From Squalus acanthias (Eukaryota): 64,000 nt of DNA. The position numbers and the translations under genes were made by a program. This document shows positions 12,515 through 25,429 of the stretch, piece by piece. The notes beneath the pieces were generated by a model. That model was not told where the DNA came from and did no database searches. It saw only the letters and a program-made list of their open reading frames with translations. The stretch is taken from NCBI GenBank assembly GCA_030390025.1, contig CM059431.1:156676001-156740000 (forward strand). Reading direction: 5' to 3'. Each line of letters opens with the position of its first letter. The stretch's first letter is position 1.

Positions 12515-14710
12515 GATTCATAGACAGTTATTGCACATTTGGAGGTCATTCGGCCCCACGTGCATGTGCCGGGTATTTGAAAGACCTGTCCAATTTAGTC
12601 CCACTTCCCTGCTCTTTCCCCATAACCCTGTTTTATTACTTGAAGTATTGATCCAATTACATTTTGAAAGTTCATATGAAATCTGTTTCTACCACCCTTT
12701 TAGGTAATGTGTTCCAGATCATAACAACTATCTTTGTGAAATATCTTCTCCTCATTGCCCTTCCAATTATTTTTTTTAATCGGTGCACTCTGGTTACCTA
12801 CCCTCCTTCCACTGTAACAGCTTCTCCTTATTTACTCTATGAAAACCATTAATGATTTTGAACACTGATATCAAATGTCCTCTCAACCTGCTCTGCTCCA
12901 AGGAGATTAACCCCAGCTTTTCCATTCTCTCCAAATTACTGAAGTGTGATGCCCAGAATTGAACACAATATTGAAGCTGAGGCGTAACCAATAGTTCATA
13001 AAAGTTTAGCATAACTTCGTTTTATTTTGTATTCTATGGGCTGGATTTTCAATGACTCGTGGAGTCGGGTTTGGAGGCGGGCGGGTGGGGGGGGGGGGTT
13101 AAAGTTGCAGATTCGGGTGTCCCGAGCCCACCCGCCTCCATGCCAGTTTCTCTGGCGGCGGGTAACCGATTTGTGCTGAAACCTGACTCCCCGAGGCTGG
13201 AAGGGAATAGTGACAATTAACTGCCTGTTAACTGCAGGTGTCAACCCTTCTGTTCTCGGGAGTTAGAAATCTGACCGGCACAGAAAGCAGGAAAGCCGTG
13301 GTTCTGTCAAAACTGCAGGCTTCTGTTTTCTGTTGTGGAATGATTTCTAACTCAGCCTGAGAGGAAGGACTGAAGTTAGAAATCATATTGACAGTGTTTG
13401 ACAGCTTCACAGAGCTGTCAAACGCTGATATTTCATCTGTCAAAAGGGCTTGACAGATGACATGTCAGTCTGTGACGTCACCTGTTGCCGGGTGGCCCTT
13501 AATTGGCCTGCTGAGCCCACTGGGCGGGCTCAACAATGTCAATCAAGGGAAATACAATGGTTTGGCCACATCTCGACAGAGGCGGGTTCATAAGAACATA
13601 AGAACATAAGAAATAGGAGCAGCAGTAGACCAATCGGCCCCTCGAGCCTGCTCCGCCATTCAATAAGATCATGGCTGATCTGAAGCCAGAATATGTGATT
13701 CCCGACTCCAACCCGACCCCAGATTCAAAATCCAGCCCTATGTCTCTGTTATTAAATTCAAGGATACTATTTGCATTTCTAGCAGCCTTCTCAACTTACT
13801 CTGCCATAATCAAGTATTTGCGTACATAGGTGCCTAGGTTTTATTTTTCTGCAGCCTCTTTGAAATGGTGCCATGTAGTTTATTTTGCCTCTCCTCATTC
13901 GTCCTCTCAAAATATATCACTTCACATTTGTATGCGTGAAATTTAATCTGCCATGTTTCTGCCAATCCAAAATATGTTGCTCTCCTCCGGGAGTCTATCA
14001 GTATCCCTCACATTGTTTATGACATTTCGGAGTTACGTGTAATCTGCTTTATATGTAATTATATCCTGTAGACACAATTCCAGTTCATTAACATATATTA
14101 TAAGTGCAGTGGTCCTGATATAGATCCCTGGGGAACAAGGTTGTATAGTTCCATGCAGTATGAAAAACTACTATTCACTACCATTCTATTTTCCGTTCGT
14201 TAGCCAATTTGAAATCGTAGCATCCAGTGTCCCTTCAATCACATGGGTTTATTTTTTGTAACATGTCTATGATGTGGTACTTGATAAAATGCCCTTTGAA
14301 AATTAACATTCACAACATCAATCGCAGTAACCTCATCAACCCTCACCATTATTTGAGCAAAAAACTCTAACAAGTTAGTGAAACACAATTTTCTTAAAAC
14401 AAATCCTTGCTGACTTTCATTTATCAGCCCGTAACTTTCGTAGAGTCAATTATTTTCCGCTGAATATTGTCTCTAAATGTTTCCCCACCAGCGACTTCAG
14501 GTTGATTTGCCTGTATTGCCAGGTATATCCCTCTCCACTTTTTTGAAAAGTTGTGTTACATTTGTGTAACCATTCGTCTGGCACCGCCAATTTATTTAAG
14601 GAGGATGGTAAGATTCTGTCCAGAGCCTCCGCAATTTACACCATTATTTCCCTCAGTGATCTAGGAAACATTGCCTCTGGACGAGGTGATTGTTCTATTT
14701 TGAGTACTGA
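12515..14710 (-). mobile_element. Old CR1 LINE interrupted by a MITE
   Basis: PQLQYCVQFWASH...SLEQSRLRGHL; CR1 sequence is continuous across 13038-13738. Confidence 0.75.
13038..13738. mobile_element. Non-autonomous PIF/Harbinger-like DNA transposon (family A)
   Basis: TIR gggctggatttt / aaaatccagccc; 3-bp TSD tat; contains an inverted CR1 tail at about 13589-13685. Confidence 0.85.
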
Positions 14711-15189
14711 CAAAGAAAACTTCTGCTGATCACCAGGTACAAACCATTAATTATAATCTTACAGCTCGGAACATCCTTCAGCCCTTCATCACTTTCAAGC
14801 CAATAAATAAACTCCAGTTTAATGGGAAACCTATAGGCCTCAGGTAAACGTTAAAATTTGACGTCACTCAGTGATCATACAGCTTACTGTAACCTAAACA
14901 TCAAAAGCGGAACATGGTAGAGCAAAACAGTTTACCAAAATGACGGACCACAGCCCACAGTTGGAGCCATTTGCATCCAGTCCAGTATGGTGCTGACCAA
15001 TCATACAACTAACATAAGAACGTAAGAACATAAAATTTAGGAGCAGGAGTAGCCCACTTATCCCCTCGAGCCTGCTCCGCCATTCAATAAACTCGTGGCT
15101 GATCTGATCTTGGCCTCAATTCCACTTTCCCGCCCGCTCCCCATAAACCTTGACTCCCGTGTAGCTCAAATATCTGTCTTTTCCGTCTT

Positions 15190-16107
15190 GAGTGGGAGTG
15201 TGTGCTGCGAGGAGGATACCGAGAAACTCCAGGATGATTTGGACAGGTTGGGTGAGTGGGCAGAAGCGTGGCAGATGCCATAAAACGTGGATAAGTGCGA
15301 GGTTATCCACTTTGGTGTCAAAAACAGAAAGACAGACTATTATCTGAATGGCAATAGATTGGGAGAAGGGGAAGTGCAACGATACCTAGGTGTCCTTGTG
15401 CACCAGTCGCTGAAAGTAAGCATGCAGGTGCAGCAGGCGGTGAAGAAGGCAAATGGTATGTTGGCCTTCATAGCGAAAGGGTTTGAGTATAGGAACAGGG
15501 ATGTCCTGCTGCATTTGTAGAGGGCCTTGGTGAGACCACACCTTGAGTACTGTGTGCAGTTTTGGTCGCCTTATCTGAGGAAGTATGTTCTTGCCATGGA
15601 TGGAGTTCAGCGAAGATTCATAAGGCTGATACCTGGGATGGCAGGAATAATATATGAGCAGAGATTGGGTCGATTGGGCTTATACTCGCTGGAGTATAGA
15701 AGAATGAGAGGGGATCTCATCGAAACATATAAAATTCTGACAGGTCTGGACAAACTAGATGCAGGCAGAATGTTCCTGATGGTCGGAGAATCCAGAATCA
15801 GGGGTCATAATCTAAGGATAACGGGTAAGCCATTTAGGACAGAAATGAGGAAGAATTTATTCACCCAGAGAGTGGTGAACCTGTGGAATTCTCTACCACA
15901 GAAGGTAATTGAGGCCAAGTCATTAAATATATTCAAGAATGAGTTAGATATATTTCTTAAAGCTAAAGGTATCAAGGGATATGGGGAGAAGGCAGGTACA
16001 TGGTTTGAGTTTGGATGATCAGCCATGATCTCATCGAATGGCGGAGCAGGCTCGAGGGGCCGAATGGCCTACTCCTGCTCCTATCTTCTATGTTTCTATG
16101 TTTCTAT
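15190..16107 (+). mobile_element. 5'-truncated CR1 LINE
   Basis: ORFs 15287-15520 and 15527-16018 ([22 protein letters not shown]); (tttctatg)n tail. Confidence 0.95.
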
Positions 16108-16799
16108 GAATATATTCAATGACTCTGCCTCGACAGATCTCTGGGATAGAGAATACCAAAGATTCAGGACCCTCTGAGAGAAGAAATTCCTCTTCATTTC
16201 CATTTTAAATAGGCGACCCCTTATTCTGAAACTGTGCCCCCTAGTTCAAATTTCCCCAAAAGAGGAAACATACTCTGCATCTAACCTGTCAAAACCCCTC
16301 AGAATCTTATGTGTTTCAATAAAATCACCTCTCATTCTTCTAAACTCCAATGAGTATAGGCACAACCTGCTCAATCTTTCTTCATAAGACAACACCTTCA
16401 TCTCAGGAATGAACGTCGTGAACCTTCTCTGAACTGCCTCCAATGCAAGTATAGCCCTCCTTAAATAAGAAGACCAAAAACTGCACGCATTACTCCAGAA
16501 GTGCTCTCACCAGCGCCCTGTACAGTTGTAGCAAGACTTCCCTACTTTTATACTCGAACCCCCTTGCATTAACGTCAAACATTGCATTTCCCTTGCAAAT
16601 TATTGCTGTAACTGCATGCTAACTTTCTGTGTTCCATGTACGAGGATCCCAGATTTGTAGTATCTCTCCATTGAAATAATAATTTGATTTGATTTTCTCC
16701 CTACCAAGGTGGATATTCTCACATTTTCCCACATTGTACTCCATCTGCCAAAATGTATCCCACTCACGTAACTCATCGATATCCCTTTGCAGACTCTTT

Positions 16800-17487
16800 G
16801 GGCTGGATTTTCATTGACCCGTGGAGGCGGGTTTGGAGGCGTGTGGAGCGTTAAAATTGCAAAAACTGGCGGGCGGGCACAAGTCCGCCTCCATCCCGCC
16901 TCCACGCAATTTTCATGAAATCGTGTCTGCTGGTCCCGACTGCGTCCCGCCTCTAAGAGACGGGATAGGCTGTTAAGGCCCTTAACAAGCACTAAATTGG
17001 CTCTATAATGCCATTTTGAAAGACCTTTTTGATTTTAAACCTTGTTCTACGTAAAGCACTCCTGTTCTGAAACACGATTGTGAAACCTGGTGGGAGCACA
17101 TTTGGATAGCTGACTATCAGTGGCTGTGCTGACTATCAGTGAGTGAGTGGCTAGCTGGCATCTGGGAGTGGTGGAGTAGACATAGCAAAACAAAAATTCT
17201 CATTCTCTCTCTCTATCTCTCTCTCTCTCCTTATTTTGCATTCAGGTCCTCTCACAGCAATGGCAAGGCAGTCTCTGAAGCATGTCAATGCAGCAGCAAT
17301 AATGACATCATCAGAGGCGTCTTTCAGACTGAAAACACTAATTGGTTCATGGGTTCCCACATGCTGGAACTCAATTGCTCAATTAGGTGAAAATTGCATC
17401 CGTCTCCCACATCCAATTGCAGTCGGGTGGATAACACGAAAAGCGGATGACACGACCTCAACCCGCCCCAGTATCAAAATCCAGCCC
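16800..17487. mobile_element. Non-autonomous PIF/Harbinger-like DNA transposon (family A)
   Basis: Same TIR gggctggatttt / aaaatccagccc as 13038; 3-bp TSD ttt; removal restores CR1 cagactctttgtgtcctcc. Confidence 0.85.
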
Positions 17488-19129
17488 TTTGTGTCCTCCT
17501 CATAACTTGCTTTCCCGCCTATCTTTTTATCATCAGCAAATTTGTCTACAGTGCACTCGGTCCCTTCAGCCAAATCCTTAATATAGATTATAAATAGTTG
17601 AGGCCCAGGCACTGATCCCTGTGACACCCCACTAGATATAGTTTGCCAACCTGAAAATGACCCATTTATCCCGACTCTCTGTTTTCTGTTCGTTAACCAA
17701 TCCTCTAATCATCCTAAGTTATAACCACCAATCCCGTAAGCTCTTATCTTGTGCAGTAACCTTTTATGTGGCATCTTATCGAATGCCTTCCGGAGATCCA
17801 AATACACTACATCTAAAGGCTCCCCTTTTTCCATCCTGCTCGTTAAATCCTTAAAGAACTGTAGTAAATTTGTTAAACACGATTTCGCTTTCATAAAACC
17901 ATGTTGACTCTGCCTCATTTTATTATGATTTTCTGAATGTCCTGCCATTTCTTCCTTATTAATAGTTCCAGCATTTTTCCATTGACAGATGTTATACTAA
18001 CTGGTCTATAATTTCCTGTTTTTTGTCTCCCTCCTTTCTCGAATAAGGGAGTTACATTTGCGGTTCTCCAATCCGCTGGGACCTGTTCAGAATCCAGTGA
18101 ATTTTGTTAGATTACAAACAATGCATCCACTATCTCTGCAGTGACTTATTATAAACCAATAGAATGCAGGCCATTGGGTTCAATGTACTTGTTAGCCTTT
18201 AGTCCCATTCGTTTTCCTTGTACTTTTTCTCTAATGATAGTGATTGGTTTAAGTTCCTCCATCGCAATAGCCCCTTGTTTGTCAATTATTATTGGGATGC
18301 TTTTATTGTTTTCTAGCGGAAAGACCGATAAAATATATTAGTTCAAATTATCTGCCATTTCCCTGGAGCATGGAACTCTATGAACGTTCCTATCCTCAAA
18401 TAAGTGTAACAACAGCACGTGATTTCAAGATAGAAGATTGAAGTGCGTGACAGTGTCTTCAGCCAAAATGGCCAAGTGGATGATTCTATTGGGAATCATC
18501 GAGAATTTACCTCACTCATACAGTCATTACCTGAAATTTCAGTTCCATTCACTTGACGTTAAGAAGCAGATGAATGCAGAGAACACAGTGAATACTTTTG
18601 GTTTTCACTACATAAGACCATTAGCTGTAGAAATGCTAAACTACAGAACTAGCTCTCCCCACCCGCAGCCAAGCTAATCCATTGCATTTGATATGGGATC
18701 TGATGGACAATATAAAAGGATGACTAGCTGTGTCCTGACCAAAAATTCAACAACAGACTGGATCCTGCCAATTACTGACGTATCAGCTGCCTTATAATGA
18801 TCAGCAAAGCGATGGATAAACTAATCAATATAGCCTTCAAACAACATTCACTCATCAATAACCTGCTTTCCGATATTCAGTAATGGTGGTGCCTGAAATG
18901 ATCGGTTCTGGATTTTTTTCACTGATGCAAGATTTGAATGCCGGAGAACAGGTGACCGTACCTCACCTCGACTACAAGGTTGCATTCCACCCGGTCTTGC
19001 ATTCTGATATCAAAGCGATTGAAAGGGCAAAAGACCCGCGGCTTGAAACTTTGGTACTAGGTGATGGTTAGTAGTTCCGTTTTATGTTCAAAAGTCTCGA
19101 CCTCTAACTTTTTCGTCGTAACGTTGTCA

Positions 19130-19750
19130 TGAAAGATAAATAATTTAAGTAGTATTTACCGCCGCAGAACGTCAGCGTCTGAGTTTATATTTTGAAGTTT
19201 TACTCTGTTAAATGCCACTGCTTCCAGTAAACTGATTTCTGAAAAAAGCAATCCTTTCTTACATCATCCCCTATATATAACACAACGTTTCACTATCATT
19301 GAAGATCGAAAGAATTCAACGGCGATATGTCCATTCCCGTACATCATAACCCATTAATTGTGCTCAGTATATTCGAGCTCCTTACCTTGTGCTACGGATC
19401 CTGATCCTTGTTCCAGAGAGTCTGGGTAAGTTAACGTTCTGCGTTCTGCAGGATAATGAACACACCATGTTAAAGATCAGTCATGAACCCAGACTTCAAT
19501 CTGATCAGTACAATCCCTTCCCGCCCTGTTCTCTGTTGCAGGTTTCGATCGGAATCAAACCCAGTCTCATTGGGATTAAAGTGTTCCAATGCATTATTAA
19601 TATTTTCATTAAAGTCATAAATAATGTGTGTGGTAACATTGAATAATCTGCGATTCAGAATACGTTGCAGAGAAATCGGATTCTCTATCCGATTCAGTTT
19701 CGTGTCCTGGATTCGACTTTATTGCTCATCACTTAAACTGTTTATTGAGA
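19130..19750 (-). other. Non-TE block with candidate first exon and splice donor (copy 1 of 2)
   Basis: Minus-strand AG|gtaagg donor (exon end 19386); homologous to 38880-39390. Confidence 0.45.
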
Positions 19751-19751
19751 G

Positions 19752-22290
19752 ATTAGTGAGACGTGGCTACAGCAAATTCATGACTGGGAATTAACCATTG
19801 CCGGGTACAACATATTTTGAAAAGATAGAGAGGGAAAAGTGAAATTGGAATACCTGTACTTATTGGAGATATAATAAAGGTAGCAGAAAAAGTGACGTAG
19901 CCATCAGTAAGAGATAAAATGAATCCATTTGGATAGAGATTAAATATAGTCAAGGATCAGTCACAGTAATAGTGGTAGCCTACAGACCACCGAATAGTGG
20001 AAGGGATAAGGGGGAAGAAATCTGCAAATACTTCAGGGAAATGAGTAAAAAGATAGAATAATAATCATGGGGGATTTAATCTACACCGAATTTAACTGGC
20101 CAGATGTGGGAGATAAATATAATAATTGAATTGAATCCCTACAATGTGCACAGGATTCCACTAAAACCTTTATGTAAGAAGTCCAACAAGCGTTGATTCG
20201 CTACTGGAATGAACCAGGCCAAATAAGATAAGTAAAAGTAAGGGAACATCGAGACAATCGTGGCCATAACATAGTATTTTTTAAGATAATAATTGAGAAG
20301 GGCATCAGCAACAGGTTGAAGAAAAGCTGATTTTTAGGGGCTGAGCTTGGAAAATAAAATGGACAACAATATTGGCAAACAAAAATGCAGAACATTAATG
20401 GGAAGCATTTAAATGTCGTTCAACACAATCCAGGAAATATATATTCCGCTAAAAAACAAGAACCAAATAAACAGTAATGATACACCATAGATGAACAATG
20501 ACGAAGGGAACAATTGAGGTTAAGGAAAGAAGCATACTCTAATTATATGAACAGCAGCAGAGAGCTTGACAAGCGAAATACGAAAAAAATAGGGGAGGAA
20601 TCAAAAAACCAATCAGAATGGCAAAGAGGAACTTTCAAACTAAATTATCAAGGAATATAAAAAGCAAAATATTCTCCAGGCATGTAAATTAAAAAAAAGG
20701 AAAGTTGGGATGGGAATAGGGCCATTAAAGGGTCGACAGGTTAAACTCAAATGAAGCGATAGCGAAATGGCAGAAATATTAAATAATTATTTTGCATCAG
20801 TATTTACAGGGAGACATAATCAAGATAAGAGATTGAAGAGGCACTATTACGCATAGCAAGTAATTCGTTAGGAAAAGGTGTAGTTCCCCAGTACGGGTGG
20901 ATAGCTAACGTTCTACCTGTATTTAAGAAGGGATATAGAACATGTCCAGGGAACTATAGACCGATCAGCTTAACATTGGTAGTAGGAAAGATAATTGAAT
21001 CCATATTAAAAATGAAAATAGAAAAACATATTTAAAGCAAAAATATTATAATAAATACTCAGCGTTGATTTCTAAACGGAAAGTCTTGCTTGACCAACCT
21101 CATGAAATTTTTCAAAAAGGTAACAGACAGCGTAGAAAGGGGTAAGTCAGTACATGTAATATATCTAGGTTTCCAAAAGGACTTCGTTAAGGTACCACAT
21201 AATAGATTAATGAATAAGGTTAGAGCATGTGGAATCAGGGGACAAGCCGCTCAATGTATCGCTAGTTGGCTGCAAGATAGAAAGCAGACAATAGGGGTAA
21301 AAGTTAACTATTCAACGTGGCAGAAGGTGGGAAGTCGGACCCCACAGATCAGTGCTGAAGACACGGTTTTCAAAATTTATATTGGCGATTTAGACTATGG
21401 AATCTAAAACGAAATTTCGAAATTTTGGAAGAAAAAATTGGTGAGTGGGGATAGTCAATACTGAGGAGCAGTGCAATAAATTAGAAGAATACATTAATAA
21501 ACTTTCAGAACGGGCATATAATTGACACATTAATAACAACAGAAATAAGTGCGAGGTATTAAATTTTAAAAAGAAAAATAAGGAAGTCACATATTACTTT
21601 GGAAATAAAATCTAAACGTGGCAGAGCTACAAAGCGATCTGGGAGTGAAAATACACAAATCACTTAAAAGTAGCGACCCAAGTTAATAATGCCATATAAA
21701 TCAAACTAAGTATTAGGGCTTATTTCTGGTGGAATAGAATTGTAGAGAAATTATGCTAAACTTGCATCGAATCGTAGCTATGCCACACTGGAGTACTGTG
21801 TACAAATCAGATCGCCATTTTATAAAAAACTATATAGATGCACATGAGCGGGTACCAAAAAGATTTAAAAGAATGATACCAGATATAAAGTTTGAACAGG
21901 CTGGGTCTCTTTTCTATTGAAACGAGAAGTCTGAGGGGTGACCTAATAGAGTTCTTTAAAATTAGGAGAGGTTTTGATAGAGTAGACAGAGAGAGAGTGC
22001 ATCCACTTGTAAGAAAGAGAAAAAGTAAAGGCCATGAACATAAGATAGCCACCAAGAAATCAAAAATAGAAATTCAAAAGAAATTTATTCACCTAGAGAG
22101 TGGTGAGAATGTTGAACTCGCTAACTCAGGGACTGGTTGAGGTGAGTAGTGTAGATGCTTTTAAGAGGAAGCTAGATAAGCATGGGAGGAAGAAGGGAAA
22201 TTAGGGTTTGTTCCTTGAGTTAGATAAGGAAATATGGATGAATGTTTGTGTGGAGCATAAACACCAGCATAGATTGGTTGGGCCGAATCG
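19752..22290 (+). mobile_element. Old CR1 LINE ORF2, highly degenerate
   Basis: TNLMKFF...IYLGFQKDFVKVPH; LGLFSIETRSLRGDLIE. Confidence 0.8.
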
Positions 22291-22599
22291 ATGAACTGGA
22301 TGTAGGCGTCGTTGGTAAGGCCAGCATTTATTGCCCATTGCTGATTTCCCTTGGGGAGTAAGGAGGTGAGACACTCATCGCCGAATAACCAGCCTCTGAT
22401 CTGCTCTTGTTGCCAAAGTATTTATGTAGCTAATCCCCATATGTTTTGGATTATGGTGACCCCCCAGGACGTAAATGGTGGGGGATTCGACTATCGAAAT
22501 GCCGTTGAATGTCAAGTGGAAATGGTTTGACTCTTTCTTGTTGTAAATTGACAGTTCCTGGCATTTTGTGACGCAAATGTCACTTTTCACTTATCGGCA

Positions 22600-25410
22600 T
22601 ATAAATACTGTTAAAATAAGAGCAGTCCACAGGCTAGGTATTCACGAGGGAGGTCTCACCATTTGACTCCAAAAAGCTTTCCACCATCTACACGGTAAAA
22701 ATAAGGAAAGTGATGGCATACTCTTCACTTTTTTCTGTTTTTTATTCGTTTATGGGATCTGGGCGCCGCTGGCAAAGCCAGCATTTATTGCCCATCTCTA
22801 GTTGCCCTTGACAAGGTGGTGTTGAGACACCTTCTTGAACCGCTGCAGTCCGTTTGGTGATGGTACTCCCACAGTGCTGTTAGGTAAGTAGTTGCAGGAC
22901 TTTGACCCAGCGACGATGAAGGATTGGCGATATATTTCTAAGTCAAGATGGTGTGTGACTTGGAGGGGAACTTGTTAGTGGTGGTGTTCCCATGCGCCTG
23001 CTGCCCTTATCCTTAGAGGTGGAAGAGGTCGCGGGTTTGGGAGGTGCTGCCGAAGAAGCCCTGGCGAGTTGCTGCATTGCATCTTGTAGTGGTACACACT
23101 GCAGCCACGGTACGCCGGTGGTGGAGAGAGTGAACGATAAGGGTGGTGGATGGGGTGCCAATCAAGCGGGCTGCTTTCTCCTGGATGGTGCCGAGCTTCT
23201 TGAGTGTTGTTGGAGCTGCACTCATCCGGGGCAAGTGGAGAGTATTCCATCACACTCCTTACTTTTTCCTTGTAAATGGTGCATAGGCTTTGGGGAGTCA
23301 GGAGGTGAACAATCGCCGCAGAATACCTAGACCCTGACCTGCTCGCGTTGCCACAGTATTTGTGTGACTGGTTCAGTTAAGTTTCTGGTTAATGTTGATC
23401 CCCAGGATGTTGATCGTGGGGGATTCGGCGATCGTAATGCCATTGAATGTCAAGGGGAGGTGTTTAGATTCTCGCTTGTTGGACAAAACATAGCCTGGCA
23501 CTTCTGTGGCGCGAATATTAGCTGCCACTTATCAGCCCAAGCCTGAATGTCGTCCAGGTCTTGTTGCATGCGGGCATGGACTGCTTGATTATCTGAGGAG
23601 TGGTGAATGGTGCTAAACACTACGCAGTCATCAGCGAACATCCCCATTTCTGACCTTATGTTGGCGGGAAGGTCATTGATGAAGCAGCTGAAGATGTTTG
23701 GGCCTAGGACACTGCCCTGCGGAACTCCTGTAGCGATGCCCTGGGGCTATAACGCTTGACCTTCAAACACCACAAACATCTTACTTTGTGCTAGGTATGA
23801 CTTCAGCCAGTGAAGCGTTTGCCCCCTGATTCCCATTGACGTCAGTTTTACTCGGGTTCCTTGATGCCAGACTTTGTCAAATGCTGCCTTGATATGAAGG
23901 TCACTCTCTCTCACCTCACCTCTGGAATACAGCTCCTTTGTTCATGTTTGGACAAAGGCTGTAATGAGGTCGGGAGCCGAGTGGTCTTGGTGGAACCCAA
24001 ACTGGGCATCAGTGAGCAGGTTATTGGTGAGTAAGTGCCACTTCATAGCACTGTCGATGAGACCTTCCATCACTTTGCTGTTGATTGAGAGTAGACTGAT
24101 GGGATGGTAATTGGCCGGATTGGATTTGTCCTGCTTTTTGCGGACAGGACATATCTGGGCAGTTTTCCACATTGTCGGATAGATGCCAGTGTCGTAGCTG
24201 TACTGGAACAGCTTGGCTGGAAATGCGGCTAATTCTGTAGCGCGAGTCTTTAGCACGATAGCCGGGATGTTCTCGGGGCCCATAGCCTTTGCTGTATTCA
24301 GTGTGCTCAACCGTTTCTTGATATCACGTGGATTGAATCAAATTGGCCGAAGACTGGATTATGTGATGGAGGGGACATCGGGTGCAGGCCGATATGGATC
24401 ATCCATTCGGCACTTCTGGCTGAAGTTGTTTGCAAACGTTTCAAACTTGTCTTTTGCACTCACGTGTTTGGTCCAACATCATTGAGGATGGGGATATCCT
24501 TGGAGCCTCCTCCTCCCGTAGTTGTTTAATGTTCCACCGCCAGTCAAGACTGGATGTGGCAGGACAGCAGAGCTTTGATCTGATCCGTTGATTGTGGGAT
24601 CAATTAGCCCTGTCTATAGGATTCTGCTTCCGCTTTTTAGCATGCATGTAGTGCTGTGTTGCAGCTTCTCCAGTTTGGCACCTCAGTTTTAGGTATGCCT
24701 GATGCTGCTCTTGGCATGCCCTTCTACAATCCTTGTTGAACCAGGTTTGTCCCCTGGCTTGGTGATAATAGTAGACTGAGGGAAATGCCGAGCCAAGAGG
24801 TTACAGTTTGCGGAGGAATAAAATTCTGCTGCTGATGATGGCCCACAGCGCCTAATGGATGACCAGTTCTGAGCTGCTAGATCTGTTCTGAATCTAACCC
24901 ATTTAGGACTTGCACGGATGAGTGCAGCTCCAACTACACTCAAGAAGCTCGTCACCAAGCAGGACAATGCAGCACTCTTTATTGGCACTCCATCCACAAT
25001 CTTAAACATTCACTTCCTCCACCACCGGCATACCGTGGCTGCAGTGTGTACCATCTACAAGATACACTGCAGCGACTTGCAAAGATTTCTTCAACAGCAC
25101 CGCCAAAATGCGCGACCGCTACCACATAGAAAGACAAGGGCAGCAGTAGCATGGGAACACCACCACCTCCAAGATCCCCTGAATATCACATACCATCCTG
25201 ACTTGGAAGATTAGCGCCGATACTTCAGCGTCGCTGGGTCAAAATCCTGGAACTCCCTCGCCAAATTCACTGTGGGAGTACCCTCACCAAACGGATTGCA
25301 GCAGTTCAAGAAGGCGGCTCACCACCAGCTTCTGAAGGGCAATTAGAGATGGGCAAAAGATGCTGACCTTGCCAGCGACGCTCACATCCCAGAAATAAAG
25401 TTTAAAAAAA
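22600..25410 (+). mobile_element. CR1/Zenon-like (Jockey-group) LINE 3' part, split by a same-family insertion
   Basis: gtgatggcatactcttcactt (to 22730) resumes as gcacggatgagtgcagc (24912); MSAAPTTLKKL...HHRHTVAAVCTIYK; A-rich end. Clade label is by recall, not a search. Confidence 0.7.
22731..24907 (-). mobile_element. CR1/Zenon-like LINE, nested copy
   Basis: ANYHPISLLS...QFGFHQDHS, FADD, MEYSPLA, MSAAPTTLKKL on the minus strand; possible TSD actt. Confidence 0.85.
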
Positions 25411-25429
25411 ACAGTGGTTCAGAATAAAC

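Larger units (their letters stand above)
15012..18362 (-). mobile_element. CR1 LINE split by a plus-strand CR1 and a MITE
   Basis: 3' tail at 15012-15189 resumes at 16108; RT fragments SQHGFMKAKSCLTNL, VYLDLRKAFDKMPH, FADDKK. Confidence 0.85.

Noticed and set aside
14859..14866. CRE palindrome TGACGTCA (also near 13473 and 52152)
   Set aside because: An 8-mer is expected by chance at this scale and has no promoter context.
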